From positions 581-64,580 of the forward strand of contig JAUVII010000002.1 of the NCBI GenBank assembly GCA_030592845.1: DNA of 64,000 nt, written 5' to 3'. The stretch comes from Candidatus Krumholzibacteriia bacterium. GTDB lineage: Bacteria > Krumholzibacteriota > Krumholzibacteriia > LZORAL124-64-63. Positions 36,014 to 44,525 of this stretch are shown here, in pieces; position 1 is the stretch's first letter; each line of letters starts with the position of its first letter. Position numbers and translations under genes: made by a program. The notes under the pieces are model-generated. The model worked only from the letters and a program-made list of their open reading frames with translations. It was not told the DNA's origin and searched no databases.

Positions 36014-36622
36014 ATGAAAAGTGATCGTGGAATGATTACCCTGATGACGGTCTTCAGCGGCATAGCCTCGCTGATGTGCCTGCTTGTGGGGCTCCAACTG
36101 CTGTCCCTGGAGTCACAGATCGGACAGGCGATCCCGAAGGCAACCCCCGGGGCTGAATTTCAGTTCACACGGTGGCAGACGGAAGCCCATACCGGGGCCA
36201 TCATGTCCCTCGGAGCCGGTATCCTGATTTTACTGTTTGGAATTCGCCACCACTACACCGCGGGAAAACCGGGCGGCAAAAGGTCACCGGAAAGCGGGGG
36301 TTCCGCCATGGATCTGGAATCTCTTTCGGTCCGGGTGTTCGAAGTGGACCAGGAGAACCGTTCGGTCGAGATCACTTCCGCCGATGACACCGTGCCTGAA
36401 CATGGGAGGCAACAGCCCAAAATCGTCTGGCACCCTTTGTCCGGCCAGGAGGACGACCCCCATCAGCCAGCCCCTCCGGTTTGCGACCCGGCAGATTCCA
36501 TCGTGCAATCGATCCAGGATGCCGTCTGGCCCGAAACCGCCAAAAACCGATCCCGTCACCCCGACCGCCAAGCGCGAAAATCATTCCTGGGCCGTATCAT
36601 CCGTCGACGTGGCCGCCGCTGA
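36014..36622 (+). CDS. Hypothetical 2-TM protein
   Basis: ATG 36014. Two hydrophobic helices are followed by an acidic and then a basic tail. The 3' end overlaps the convergent permease gene by 26 nt. No homology recognised. Confidence 0.4.
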   Translation: MKSDRGMITLMTVFSGIASLMCLLVGLQLLSLESQIGQAIPKATPGAEFQFTRWQTEAHTGAIMSLGAGILILLFGIRHHYTAGKPGGKRSPESGGSAMDLESLSVRVFEVDQENRSVEITSADDTVPEHGRQQPKIVWHPLSGQEDDPHQPAPPVCDPADSIVQSIQDAVWPETAKNRSRHPDRQARKSFLGRIIRRRGRR

Positions 36623-37913
36623 GCCGGGCCTTGAATCCCAGGCCTTCGATCACCCCGGTCACCGCTTCGGGTTGAAGGTCCGAACCGCGGACCACCGCGC
36701 GTCCGTCATCGAGGAAAACCTGGCAATCGGTGACCCCGTCCAATTCCGACACCGCCCGTTTGACACTGCCGGAGCAGTGACTGCAGTGCATGCCCTCCAC
36801 GGCAAATTCGATGGTTTGGGAATTATCAGCCATGGAACACTCCTGATTCTGGTCGCAACCGCAGGAATGATCCCTGCGGCGGGACAACCACCAACTCAAT
36901 GTCATCACCAGGACCAGGGCCGCGCCCGCGGCGTGGTCGAACCAGCCGATCGAATGGTGGTCGTGACCGAAGTCGGAAAACAGGGGCACCGCCGCGGCCG
37001 CCACCGGCAGAAGCCAATCCAGCAGCAGGCCGCCGCCAAAGGCACTGACCGCGACCGTTCCCAGATAGATGGCCGCCGTTTTGCGGCCGAGCACCCTGGA
37101 GATGGTGGTCAACGTGGCCGCGTTCGTGGCCGGCCCGGCTATCAGAAAGGCCAACGCGGCTCCGGGACTGGCTCCCAGGAAAATGAAACTGGCCGCCAGC
37201 GGGACACTGGCCGTGGCGCAAACGTAGATGGGAATGCCCACGATCATCATCAGGGCAATGGAAAGAGCTCCGGAACCGAGGAAACCGGCCAGGAAATCCG
37301 CCGGCACCACGGCGCCCAAGACCCCCGCGATGAGAAGGCCGACCAACAGGGCCCGGCCAATGTCCCCGGGCAAGGTGACAAAACCGTAGTCGAGGGCTGC
37401 CATCAATTTCGGTCCCAGACCCTGCGGCCGTTCGATGTCCCCCGAACCCGAGCCCTCGAGGCCTTTGCCATCGGGTGAGGATCGATGAATATCCGGGTCG
37501 AAAGTCTGCACCAGTCCCCCGCCCAACAACCCGGTCAACAAGGCCGCCACCGGACGGAAGATCGCGAAGAGAGGTCCCAGCATGGTCCAGGTCACCAGGA
37601 TGGAATCCACCCCGGTCTGCGGTGTGGAGAGCAGGAAAGCGGTGGTCGCCGAACGACTGGCGCCGTGCTGCCTGAGGGATGCCGCCACTGGAATCACGCC
37701 ACAGGAGCACAAAGGCAAGGGAACCCCGAACAGGGAGGCCTTGAAAACCGGTTTCATCCCCCGGCCGCCGAGATGCCGTTCCAGCCACACGGGGGAAATG
37801 AAGACCGACAGCAGACCTGCCACCACGAAGCCCAGCAACAGCCAGGCGGCCATGCGGGCGGTGACCAGCCAGGTTTCGATAATGATGTGTATTATCAATT
37901 CAATCATGGCCAC
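36597..37913 (-). CDS. COG0701/DUF318 (ArsP-like) permease fused to a C-terminal heavy-metal-associated (HMA) domain
   Basis: Permease block GVPLPLCSCGVIPVA. C-terminal ferredoxin-like HMA domain with GMHCSHC (MxCxxC). Confidence 0.8.
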   Translation of the reverse strand: MAMIELIIHIIIETWLVTARMAAWLLLGFVVAGLLSVFISPVWLERHLGGRGMKPVFKASLFGVPLPLCSCGVIPVAASLRQHGASRSATTAFLLSTPQTGVDSILVTWTMLGPLFAIFRPVAALLTGLLGGGLVQTFDPDIHRSSPDGKGLEGSGSGDIERPQGLGPKLMAALDYGFVTLPGDIGRALLVGLLIAGVLGAVVPADFLAGFLGSGALSIALMMIVGIPIYVCATASVPLAASFIFLGASPGAALAFLIAGPATNAATLTTISRVLGRKTAAIYLGTVAVSAFGGGLLLDWLLPVAAAAVPLFSDFGHDHHSIGWFDHAAGAALVLVMTLSWWLSRRRDHSCGCDQNQECSMADNSQTIEFAVEGMHCSHCSGSVKRAVSELDGVTDCQVFLDDGRAVVRGSDLQPEAVTGVIEGLGFKARLSGGHVDG

Positions 37914-37945
37914 AATTTAAGGGGAGCGGGATTTGGAGGCTAGGA

Positions 37946-39250
37946 TTATTCCTGGTCCCGGAAACCAGCTTCGGCTTCGGCCTGGCGGGCGGCGGCTTGC
38001 CCCGCGGCGACATCGACCCGGGTCAGAAGCCATCCCCCCACGGCAAAAAACACCACCAGGGACAGGATCCCCAGGCGACTGGTCCCGGTGCCCTGGCTGA
38101 CCAGACCAAAAACCAGGGGCCCGGCGACACCCGCCAGTTTGCCGCTGCTGGAATAGAATCCGAAAAATTCACCGGTGCGGTGACGTGGAACCATGCTGGC
38201 AAAAAGGGACCGGCTCAACGCCTGGGCTCCCCCCTGGACCGTGCCCACCAGCCCGGCCAGGACATAGAACTGAGGGGCCGTGCTGAGAAAGAATCCGAAA
38301 ATACTGATGACCAGGTATACGGACAGGGCCAGCAGGATCGCCGGCTTGGGACCCGTCCGTCGGGCCAGGCGGCCGAACAGGATCGCAAACGGGATACCGA
38401 CGGCCTGGGTCAGGACCAGCGCCCCGATAAGATCGGTCATGCCGATGCCGATTTCCGAACCATACGCCGTGGCCATCTTGACGATGGTGCCGATGCCGTC
38501 GTTGTAGATCCAGTAGGCGACCAGAAAGATCACCAGTTGGCGGTACCGCGTTATTTCCTTCAGGGTGGCGACCAACCGGTGGAAGCCCAGGGTCAATACC
38601 GAACCCGAAGCCTCGCCCGGGGTCCGTGGTGTGGCCGGAGGCTCGGGCACGAACCTGAACAGGGGCAGGGAAAACAATCCCCACCACACCGCGACGCTCA
38701 CAAAGGAAGCCCGGATCGCGAATCCCTTGTCGGGCATGGCGAACCAGTCGGGGTGCATGACCCACATCAGGTTGAGGACCAGCAGCAGTCCACCGCCGGC
38801 ATAACCCAGCCCGTAGGCCTGGGCCGAAAGACGGTCCATGTCCCTGCCGCGCGCCAGCCCCGGCAAAAGGGATTCGTAGAAAATGATCGATCCGGCAAAA
38901 CCGAAATTCGCGGCCACGTAGAGAACCGCGGCGGTGCGCCAGCCATCGGAGCCAAGGGTGGCGAACAGACCCGTCGCAAGCACACCCAGGCCCGCCATGA
39001 AAGCCAGGAACCGTTTGCGGCCGCCAATCACATCGGCCACCGCGCCCAGCAACGGGGCGGTGACAGCGATCAGCAGCAGGGCTCCCGCGGTCACGTAACC
39101 CCACAGGGCCGTGGCTTCGGCCTCGCCACGCCCCGCGGCAATGGCCCGTTCGCGAAAGAAGGGTGGAAAAAGCGCCGCCATCACCGTGGTGGCAAAGGCG
39201 GAATTGGCCCAGTCGTAGAAACACCAGGCGCGGGTGGCGCGGCGATCCAT
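37946..39250 (-). CDS. MFS transporter, UMF1/Atg22-like subfamily
   Basis: N-terminus WCFYDWANSAFATTV is typical of UMF1. About 12 TM helices. Confidence 0.8.
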   Translation of the reverse strand: MDRRATRAWCFYDWANSAFATTVMAALFPPFFRERAIAAGRGEAEATALWGYVTAGALLLIAVTAPLLGAVADVIGGRKRFLAFMAGLGVLATGLFATLGSDGWRTAAVLYVAANFGFAGSIIFYESLLPGLARGRDMDRLSAQAYGLGYAGGGLLLVLNLMWVMHPDWFAMPDKGFAIRASFVSVAVWWGLFSLPLFRFVPEPPATPRTPGEASGSVLTLGFHRLVATLKEITRYRQLVIFLVAYWIYNDGIGTIVKMATAYGSEIGIGMTDLIGALVLTQAVGIPFAILFGRLARRTGPKPAILLALSVYLVISIFGFFLSTAPQFYVLAGLVGTVQGGAQALSRSLFASMVPRHRTGEFFGFYSSSGKLAGVAGPLVFGLVSQGTGTSRLGILSLVVFFAVGGWLLTRVDVAAGQAAARQAEAEAGFRDQE

Positions 39251-39251
39251 T

Positions 39252-40037
39252 TCAGGACCCCCGGGGTTTCAGGGCGCGGGTGGCGAACATGGTGGGCATG
39301 TAGTCGCTGATGGGATCTTCGATATCCGGGCCGAAGTCGTCTTCATAGAAACCCGTCAGGATAAATCCGGCGCTGATCTGGCCGCCCAATTGATCAGTCA
39401 GGGTGTGACTGAACTCCATCGGCATTCCCTGTTCACGAAACCGTTTGAGGGTATCTTCATCGAGGCTGCCGACATCCGAATAGGGCAGCTTGTTCTGGAA
39501 TTTCACCACTCCCTTTTCCGCGAGTTCAGGATCGAAGCAGTAGTAGACCGGGTTTATCATTCCCGAAAGGAGAGCTCCCCCCGGTCGCAGGACCCGGAAG
39601 GCTTCCCGCCACACGGGCTCCAGGTCGGAAACGAAGCAGTTGGAAACGGGGTGGACGATCAGGTCGAAGCTCGCATCCGGGAACACACCGAGATCGGCCA
39701 TGTCGCCTTCGACGGTCTGCAATTCCAGGGCATCCCTCTGCGCCACCATCCGGTCCTGGGCCAACTGGGCCGGTGAATTATCGTACACCGTGACGCGGGC
39801 GCCGGCCGCCGCCAGAATCGGCCCCTGCTGACCGCCGCCGGAAGCCAGGCAGAGCAGGTCGCAATCCGTCAGATCGCCGAACCAATCTTTTGGCACCGCG
39901 AGTGAAGGAGTCAATATGATCTTCCAATCGCCGTGGCGCGCCGCTTCCACCACAGTGGTGTCCACCGGAACCGTCCAAAGGCTCTTCTCGGCCACCTTGC
40001 GGTCCCAGGCCAGCCGGTTGTAGTCGCGAATATCCAA
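39252..40037 (-). CDS. Class I SAM-dependent methyltransferase
   Basis: Motif I LLCLASGGGQQGP and post-I VTVYDNS. TTG start follows GGGAG. Separated from the MFS start by 1 nt. Confidence 0.8.
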   Translation of the reverse strand: MDIRDYNRLAWDRKVAEKSLWTVPVDTTVVEAARHGDWKIILTPSLAVPKDWFGDLTDCDLLCLASGGGQQGPILAAAGARVTVYDNSPAQLAQDRMVAQRDALELQTVEGDMADLGVFPDASFDLIVHPVSNCFVSDLEPVWREAFRVLRPGGALLSGMINPVYYCFDPELAEKGVVKFQNKLPYSDVGSLDEDTLKRFREQGMPMEFSHTLTDQLGGQISAGFILTGFYEDDFGPDIEDPISDYMPTMFATRALKPRGS

Positions 40038-40045
40038 GGGGCTCC

Positions 40046-40606
40046 CTACCAGTAGTAATAGATTCCCGCCTGGGGAATGACTTTGATATCTCCGCTGCTG
40101 CCGAGGTAGGCGAAATCACCTTCAATCTGAAGCGACCAGCGTTTTCCCATCAGGTATTCCATCCCCACCCCCGCTCCGTAATTCCAGTTCTTTTCTGTTT
40201 CCCAGACATCGGTGCGGACCTGTTCGTCGTCGTAGAAATAAGCGAATCCGGCGGAGATGAAGATGCGCGTGCGCTGGTCCTGGCGCAGGATGTAGTTCGC
40301 CTGGAGACCGATGTTGTGCTGTTTGTGGTCCCCCGTATGCCAGATGCCCCCCGAGACCTGGAAATACAGCCACCATTCCAGCGGCAGGCGGAAGGAAAGA
40401 CCGTGGCCACCCATTTGGCCGTAATGCAGACCGATGCCGCCCTCGAGAGTGTCGACCGAATCGTTCCAGTCGCGGACGCCGCCGTCCTGGGCCAGAGCCC
40501 CGGTCCCGGCCAGACAAAAAACAACGGCAACAAAGGCAATCGCCATCGCCTGCGCCGCCGGTCCGGAAATCCTGTGGTGTGTTCCTTCACGAATCCGGGT
40601 CAGCAT
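40046..40606 (-). CDS. Small outer-membrane beta-barrel protein
   Basis: Signal peptide ending ALAQ. Alternating aromatic/hydrophilic strands. C-terminal AGIYYYW is an OMP-type terminal aromatic. Start is uncertain (40606 or 40546). Confidence 0.6.
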   Translation of the reverse strand: MLTRIREGTHHRISGPAAQAMAIAFVAVVFCLAGTGALAQDGGVRDWNDSVDTLEGGIGLHYGQMGGHGLSFRLPLEWWLYFQVSGGIWHTGDHKQHNIGLQANYILRQDQRTRIFISAGFAYFYDDEQVRTDVWETEKNWNYGAGVGMEYLMGKRWSLQIEGDFAYLGSSGDIKVIPQAGIYYYW

Positions 40607-40832
40607 CCTGCCACCCCCTGCTGGGCTTGGGTTTCATCCTGAATTTCCGATATGATGCACCATGCTGGAGCAATATTCCATCAGGAATCCCTGACATCCC
40701 ATATGTCCTGCGACCCGTTAGCTCCTACCTGGGGAAAGGCAGGAAAAGGAGCGTTTGAATTGAGTGCGGAGGGAACTTAGTTTTACCCGTAATAGACTCT
40801 GAATAAAATTCACCAACCACGGAGAACCGTAA

Positions 40833-41426
40833 ATGAAATACCCGAAGTTTTTCGACACCATTGAAACCATAAAGCTTCAGGACAAACTGTCCGCTTTCCT
40901 GGGTTCGCTCGAGGACGGCCTCGTCGAGTTCAGTTACCTCGATGTAGTCAAGGCCACGGGCCACAGCTGCCCGACGGTCGCCGGCGCCTACCTGGTAACC
41001 CTGGAAGGATTGAAGGCTCTTTACAAAGATGAAATGCCCGTCCGGGGCGAGATTTTCGTTTCCTTCAGGGAGACCGCCGCCGAGGGCGTGGCCGGAGTCA
41101 TCGGCAACGTCATCACCCAGATCACCGGGGCCACGACCACTTCAGGGTTCAAGGGAATCGGCGGAAATTTCGCGCGGCACAGTCTGATGGAATTCGAAGC
41201 CGACACCAATGCCAGCGTACGACTCAAACGTCTCGATACCGGCGCCACGGTGGAAGTGACCTATGACCCCAGCGGAATCCCGGGCCATCCCCGCCAGCAG
41301 GAAATCATGGAGCGGTTGATGCAGGGTATGGCCACGTCCGAGGACAAGGCCGAGTTCGGGACCATGTGGCAGCAAAGGGTTGAGGCTATTTTCAACAGCA
41401 TCGACAAGGTTATCACAGTCGCCTGA
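40833..41426 (+). CDS. FmdE-like domain protein
   Basis: KATGHSCPTVAGAY resembles the GHxCPG motif of the FmdE family. GGAGAA precedes the ATG. Confidence 0.5.
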   Translation: MKYPKFFDTIETIKLQDKLSAFLGSLEDGLVEFSYLDVVKATGHSCPTVAGAYLVTLEGLKALYKDEMPVRGEIFVSFRETAAEGVAGVIGNVITQITGATTTSGFKGIGGNFARHSLMEFEADTNASVRLKRLDTGATVEVTYDPSGIPGHPRQQEIMERLMQGMATSEDKAEFGTMWQQRVEAIFNSIDKVITVA

Positions 41427-41444
41427 CAGTTCCGGGCCCGGGTC

Positions 41445-42071
41445 CTACCGGTAGGTGGATTTGAGGGTGCCCCAGCTTTCTTCCGTGGTCGGCACCTGGC
41501 CTTCGGTAACCACAAACACCGGAAGATCGGACGATCCGCTCGCCGGATACATTGGCAGTATCCAGCCGGTCAATTCCGCATCCCGATACCAGAAGTCCAT
41601 CTCGCCCTCGATCACATCGACCGTGGGATACCTCAAGCGGATTTCCCCAGGCCCCGACCCCAGGTAGCGCAACTGGAAAGACTTCAGGGTGATGTGCCGG
41701 TTACCCCCCACAGGCACCAGAGTGCCATAGCAGTATCTGTATTCGAAGCAGACTCCGGTGCAATCCGGGTGGACGGGTCTGGCTGCCTTGTCCACGAGTT
41801 CAAGGTTGGCGGTCAAATCGAGGGTGAAAGAGTAGCAGCCGATATTACCGACCGCCTCATCGCCCCGATCACCCAGGTGGGGATTTTGCGGGTCATCCAG
41901 AATGACATATACGGTAAGAATGTCTCCGGACTCGGCGGCGGCTGTCACCGCGCTCATCTGCTCGTCGGCATACACCCCCACGGCGTTCAGTTCCTGGGCC
42001 GGCGCCCCGCTCCAGGTTGTTGAACCCAGCACTCCGGCCAGGACCAGATACAAGATTTTGGTCGATCGCAT
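41445..42071 (-). CDS. Hypothetical secreted protein
   Basis: Signal peptide MRSTKILYLVLAGVLG...APAQ. AGGGGGAA precedes the ATG. Ends ...EESWGTLKSTYR. Confidence 0.6.
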   Translation of the reverse strand: MRSTKILYLVLAGVLGSTTWSGAPAQELNAVGVYADEQMSAVTAAAESGDILTVYVILDDPQNPHLGDRGDEAVGNIGCYSFTLDLTANLELVDKAARPVHPDCTGVCFEYRYCYGTLVPVGGNRHITLKSFQLRYLGSGPGEIRLRYPTVDVIEGEMDFWYRDAELTGWILPMYPASGSSDLPVFVVTEGQVPTTEESWGTLKSTYR

Positions 42072-42350
42072 GAAATTCCCCCTGCCGTCACCGTCGATGA
42101 AACCCGGTTGGTTCCGTCTGCTTTCCCAGCCTAAATGAAAAATGCGAATCCGGCAAGGTTGGCGGAGTGATCGAGGTCCATTTCAGTTGATCCCGGATTC
42201 TGATGAGATAAGTACTTTCAGCAATTGACCCTACGTTCTCAGCGGTGCTAGGGTTTGGGCTCGCTCCGGGGATATGATTTTGTGGCTGACATCCGCTACC
42301 CGCATCCCCTGCATTCACAAGTGATCCTGGTGAGTTCAAAAAGAACACGC

Positions 42351-44519
42351 ATGAAACCAGCCTCAGCCCTGAAATCCGGTCTGGCGGCCGCCGCCCTGAG
42401 CCTATTGTTTGTCGCCGGCGCAGCTGTCGCCCGGTCGGACGAACAACTTGCCCTGCCCGTCGGCAGCCGCCAGGGAGAGTTGGACTTCGACGGCGTCCTG
42501 GACGAACCGTTCTGGTTGACCGCGGCGTCCATCGACAGCCTGACCATGGTCGAACCGAACGTGGACCAACCCGCCTCCCTACGTACCGTCGTGAAGATCG
42601 TCACCGACAATGAGAACATCATCCTGGGCATTGTCTGCTACGACGATCCCGAGGCGATCACTGCCTATTCCAAAGCCCGTGACGTGTATCTGGGTAACGA
42701 AGACCACATCAAGTTCGTCTTCGACACCTACCGCGACGAGCGCAACGGATTCGTATTCGCGGTCAACCCGTTTGGCGCCCGCTACGATGCCCTGGTCGCC
42801 GACCGCGGCGAGGGTGAGAACGCTAACTGGGACGGGGTCTGGGATGCCAAGACATCCATCAACGCCGATGGTTGGAGCGCGGAAATCGTCATCCCGGTCA
42901 AGACTCTGAGCTTCAAGAGAGACTTGCGCGAGTGGGGCTTCAACATCGAGCGGCGCATCCAGCGGATGCTGGAAAAGGACCGCTGGTGCGCCATTAAGCA
43001 GGACTACCAGGTCATCAGCCTGGGTCAGGCAGGCCTGATAACCGGACTGCCCGAATTCGACCTGGGCCTTGGCCTGCTGGCGAAGATTTCCCCCACCGCG
43101 GGCTTTCACAAGAACAAGGGCTCCAAGACGGAATTCGACGCGGACCTTAGCGGCGACCTGACCAAACGGATCACGCCCGACGTTTCGGCCACCCTGACTT
43201 TAAACACCGATTTCGCCGAAACCGAAGTGGACGCCCGCCGCACCAACCTGACCCGTTTCCCGTTGTTTTTTCCCGAAAAGCGGACCTTCTTCCTGGAGGG
43301 CGCGGACATCTACGACTTCGGCCTGGGGCTGGGCTCGGACGTGATCCCCTTCTTCAGCCGCCGCATCGGGCTTTACCAGGGATCCCAGGTGCCCATCATT
43401 GCCGGAGGCAAGTTGAACGGGAAGGTGGGCAACACCAACTTCGGGGGGCTCTATGTCCGCACCGACAAGATCGACAACCTGGTGCCGGCCGCCGACATGG
43501 GTGTGGTCCGGGTCAAACAGAACATCCTGAAACAGTCGAACGTGGGACTGATCGCCACCGTCGGTGACCCAAGCGGACTGAAAAACAGCTGGCTGTCCGG
43601 CGTCGATTTCACCTATCAAACAACTGACCTGTTCGGGGACAAGAACTTCCTGATCGGTGCGTGGGGGCTGTACAACAACCGGCCGGATCTGCGGGGGATC
43701 AAGACCTCGTTCGGGGTCAAAATGGACTACCCCAACGACCTTTTCGACATCTCGCTCACCCACAAATTCATCGGCGACGCCTTTAGGCCATCCCTTGGTT
43801 TTGTGCCCCGCAACGGCATCAAGTACTACCGCGTGGGAATCGACTACATGCCCCGGCCCACCTGGCCGCGCATCAGGCAGTTCTTTTTCGAGACCTCGTC
43901 GCTGCTGATCACGGACTTGGACAACCGCTGGGAAAGCTACAGCGTTTTCACCGCGCCGGTTCATTTTCTGCTGGAAAGCGGCGACCGGTTCGAATTCAAC
44001 ATCCGGCCCGTCGGGGAAAGCCTGCGGGAACCTTTTGAAATCGGAGACGGTGTCATCCTGCCGGCGGACGACTACCACTATCTGCGTTACCGGCTGGAAT
44101 TTGAAACCGCGAGCAAACGCGCGATGAGCGGCGAGGTGTCCTGGTGGTTCGGCACTTTCTACAGCGGCACCCTGGACGAGCTAGCATTGGAATTGAGCTG
44201 GCGCCTGACCAGCAACATCATCCTGGAGGGCAGTTTCGAAAAGAACATCGTGGACCTGCCCGAAGGCTATTTCGAGCAGGACCTGATCGGCACCCGGCTG
44301 CAGCTGAACTTCTCGTCCGACCTGCAACTGAGCAGCTTCCTCCAGTACGACAACGAGAGCGATTCGGTCGGCACCAACACCCGCCTGCGCTGGACGATCA
44401 CTCCATTGACGGACCTGTTCGTGGTCTACAACCACAACATCCGGGAGATACCCGAGGATCAGTGGCAGTTCGACTCCAACCAGTTCACCGTCAAGTTGAG
44501 TTACGGGTTGTGGTATTAA
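42351..44519 (+). CDS. CBM9-like + DUF5916 outer-membrane protein
   Basis: Signal peptide. N-terminal block DGVLDEPFW...DHIKFVFDTYRDERNGFVFAVNPFGARYD...WDGVWDAKT...GWSAEIVIP matches the CBM9/DUF5916 pattern. Beta-rich C-terminus ends YGLWY. Confidence 0.7.
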   Translation: MKPASALKSGLAAAALSLLFVAGAAVARSDEQLALPVGSRQGELDFDGVLDEPFWLTAASIDSLTMVEPNVDQPASLRTVVKIVTDNENIILGIVCYDDPEAITAYSKARDVYLGNEDHIKFVFDTYRDERNGFVFAVNPFGARYDALVADRGEGENANWDGVWDAKTSINADGWSAEIVIPVKTLSFKRDLREWGFNIERRIQRMLEKDRWCAIKQDYQVISLGQAGLITGLPEFDLGLGLLAKISPTAGFHKNKGSKTEFDADLSGDLTKRITPDVSATLTLNTDFAETEVDARRTNLTRFPLFFPEKRTFFLEGADIYDFGLGLGSDVIPFFSRRIGLYQGSQVPIIAGGKLNGKVGNTNFGGLYVRTDKIDNLVPAADMGVVRVKQNILKQSNVGLIATVGDPSGLKNSWLSGVDFTYQTTDLFGDKNFLIGAWGLYNNRPDLRGIKTSFGVKMDYPNDLFDISLTHKFIGDAFRPSLGFVPRNGIKYYRVGIDYMPRPTWPRIRQFFFETSSLLITDLDNRWESYSVFTAPVHFLLESGDRFEFNIRPVGESLREPFEIGDGVILPADDYHYLRYRLEFETASKRAMSGEVSWWFGTFYSGTLDELALELSWRLTSNIILEGSFEKNIVDLPEGYFEQDLIGTRLQLNFSSDLQLSSFLQYDNESDSVGTNTRLRWTITPLTDLFVVYNHNIREIPEDQWQFDSNQFTVKLSYGLWY

Positions 44520-44525
44520 AGGCCC

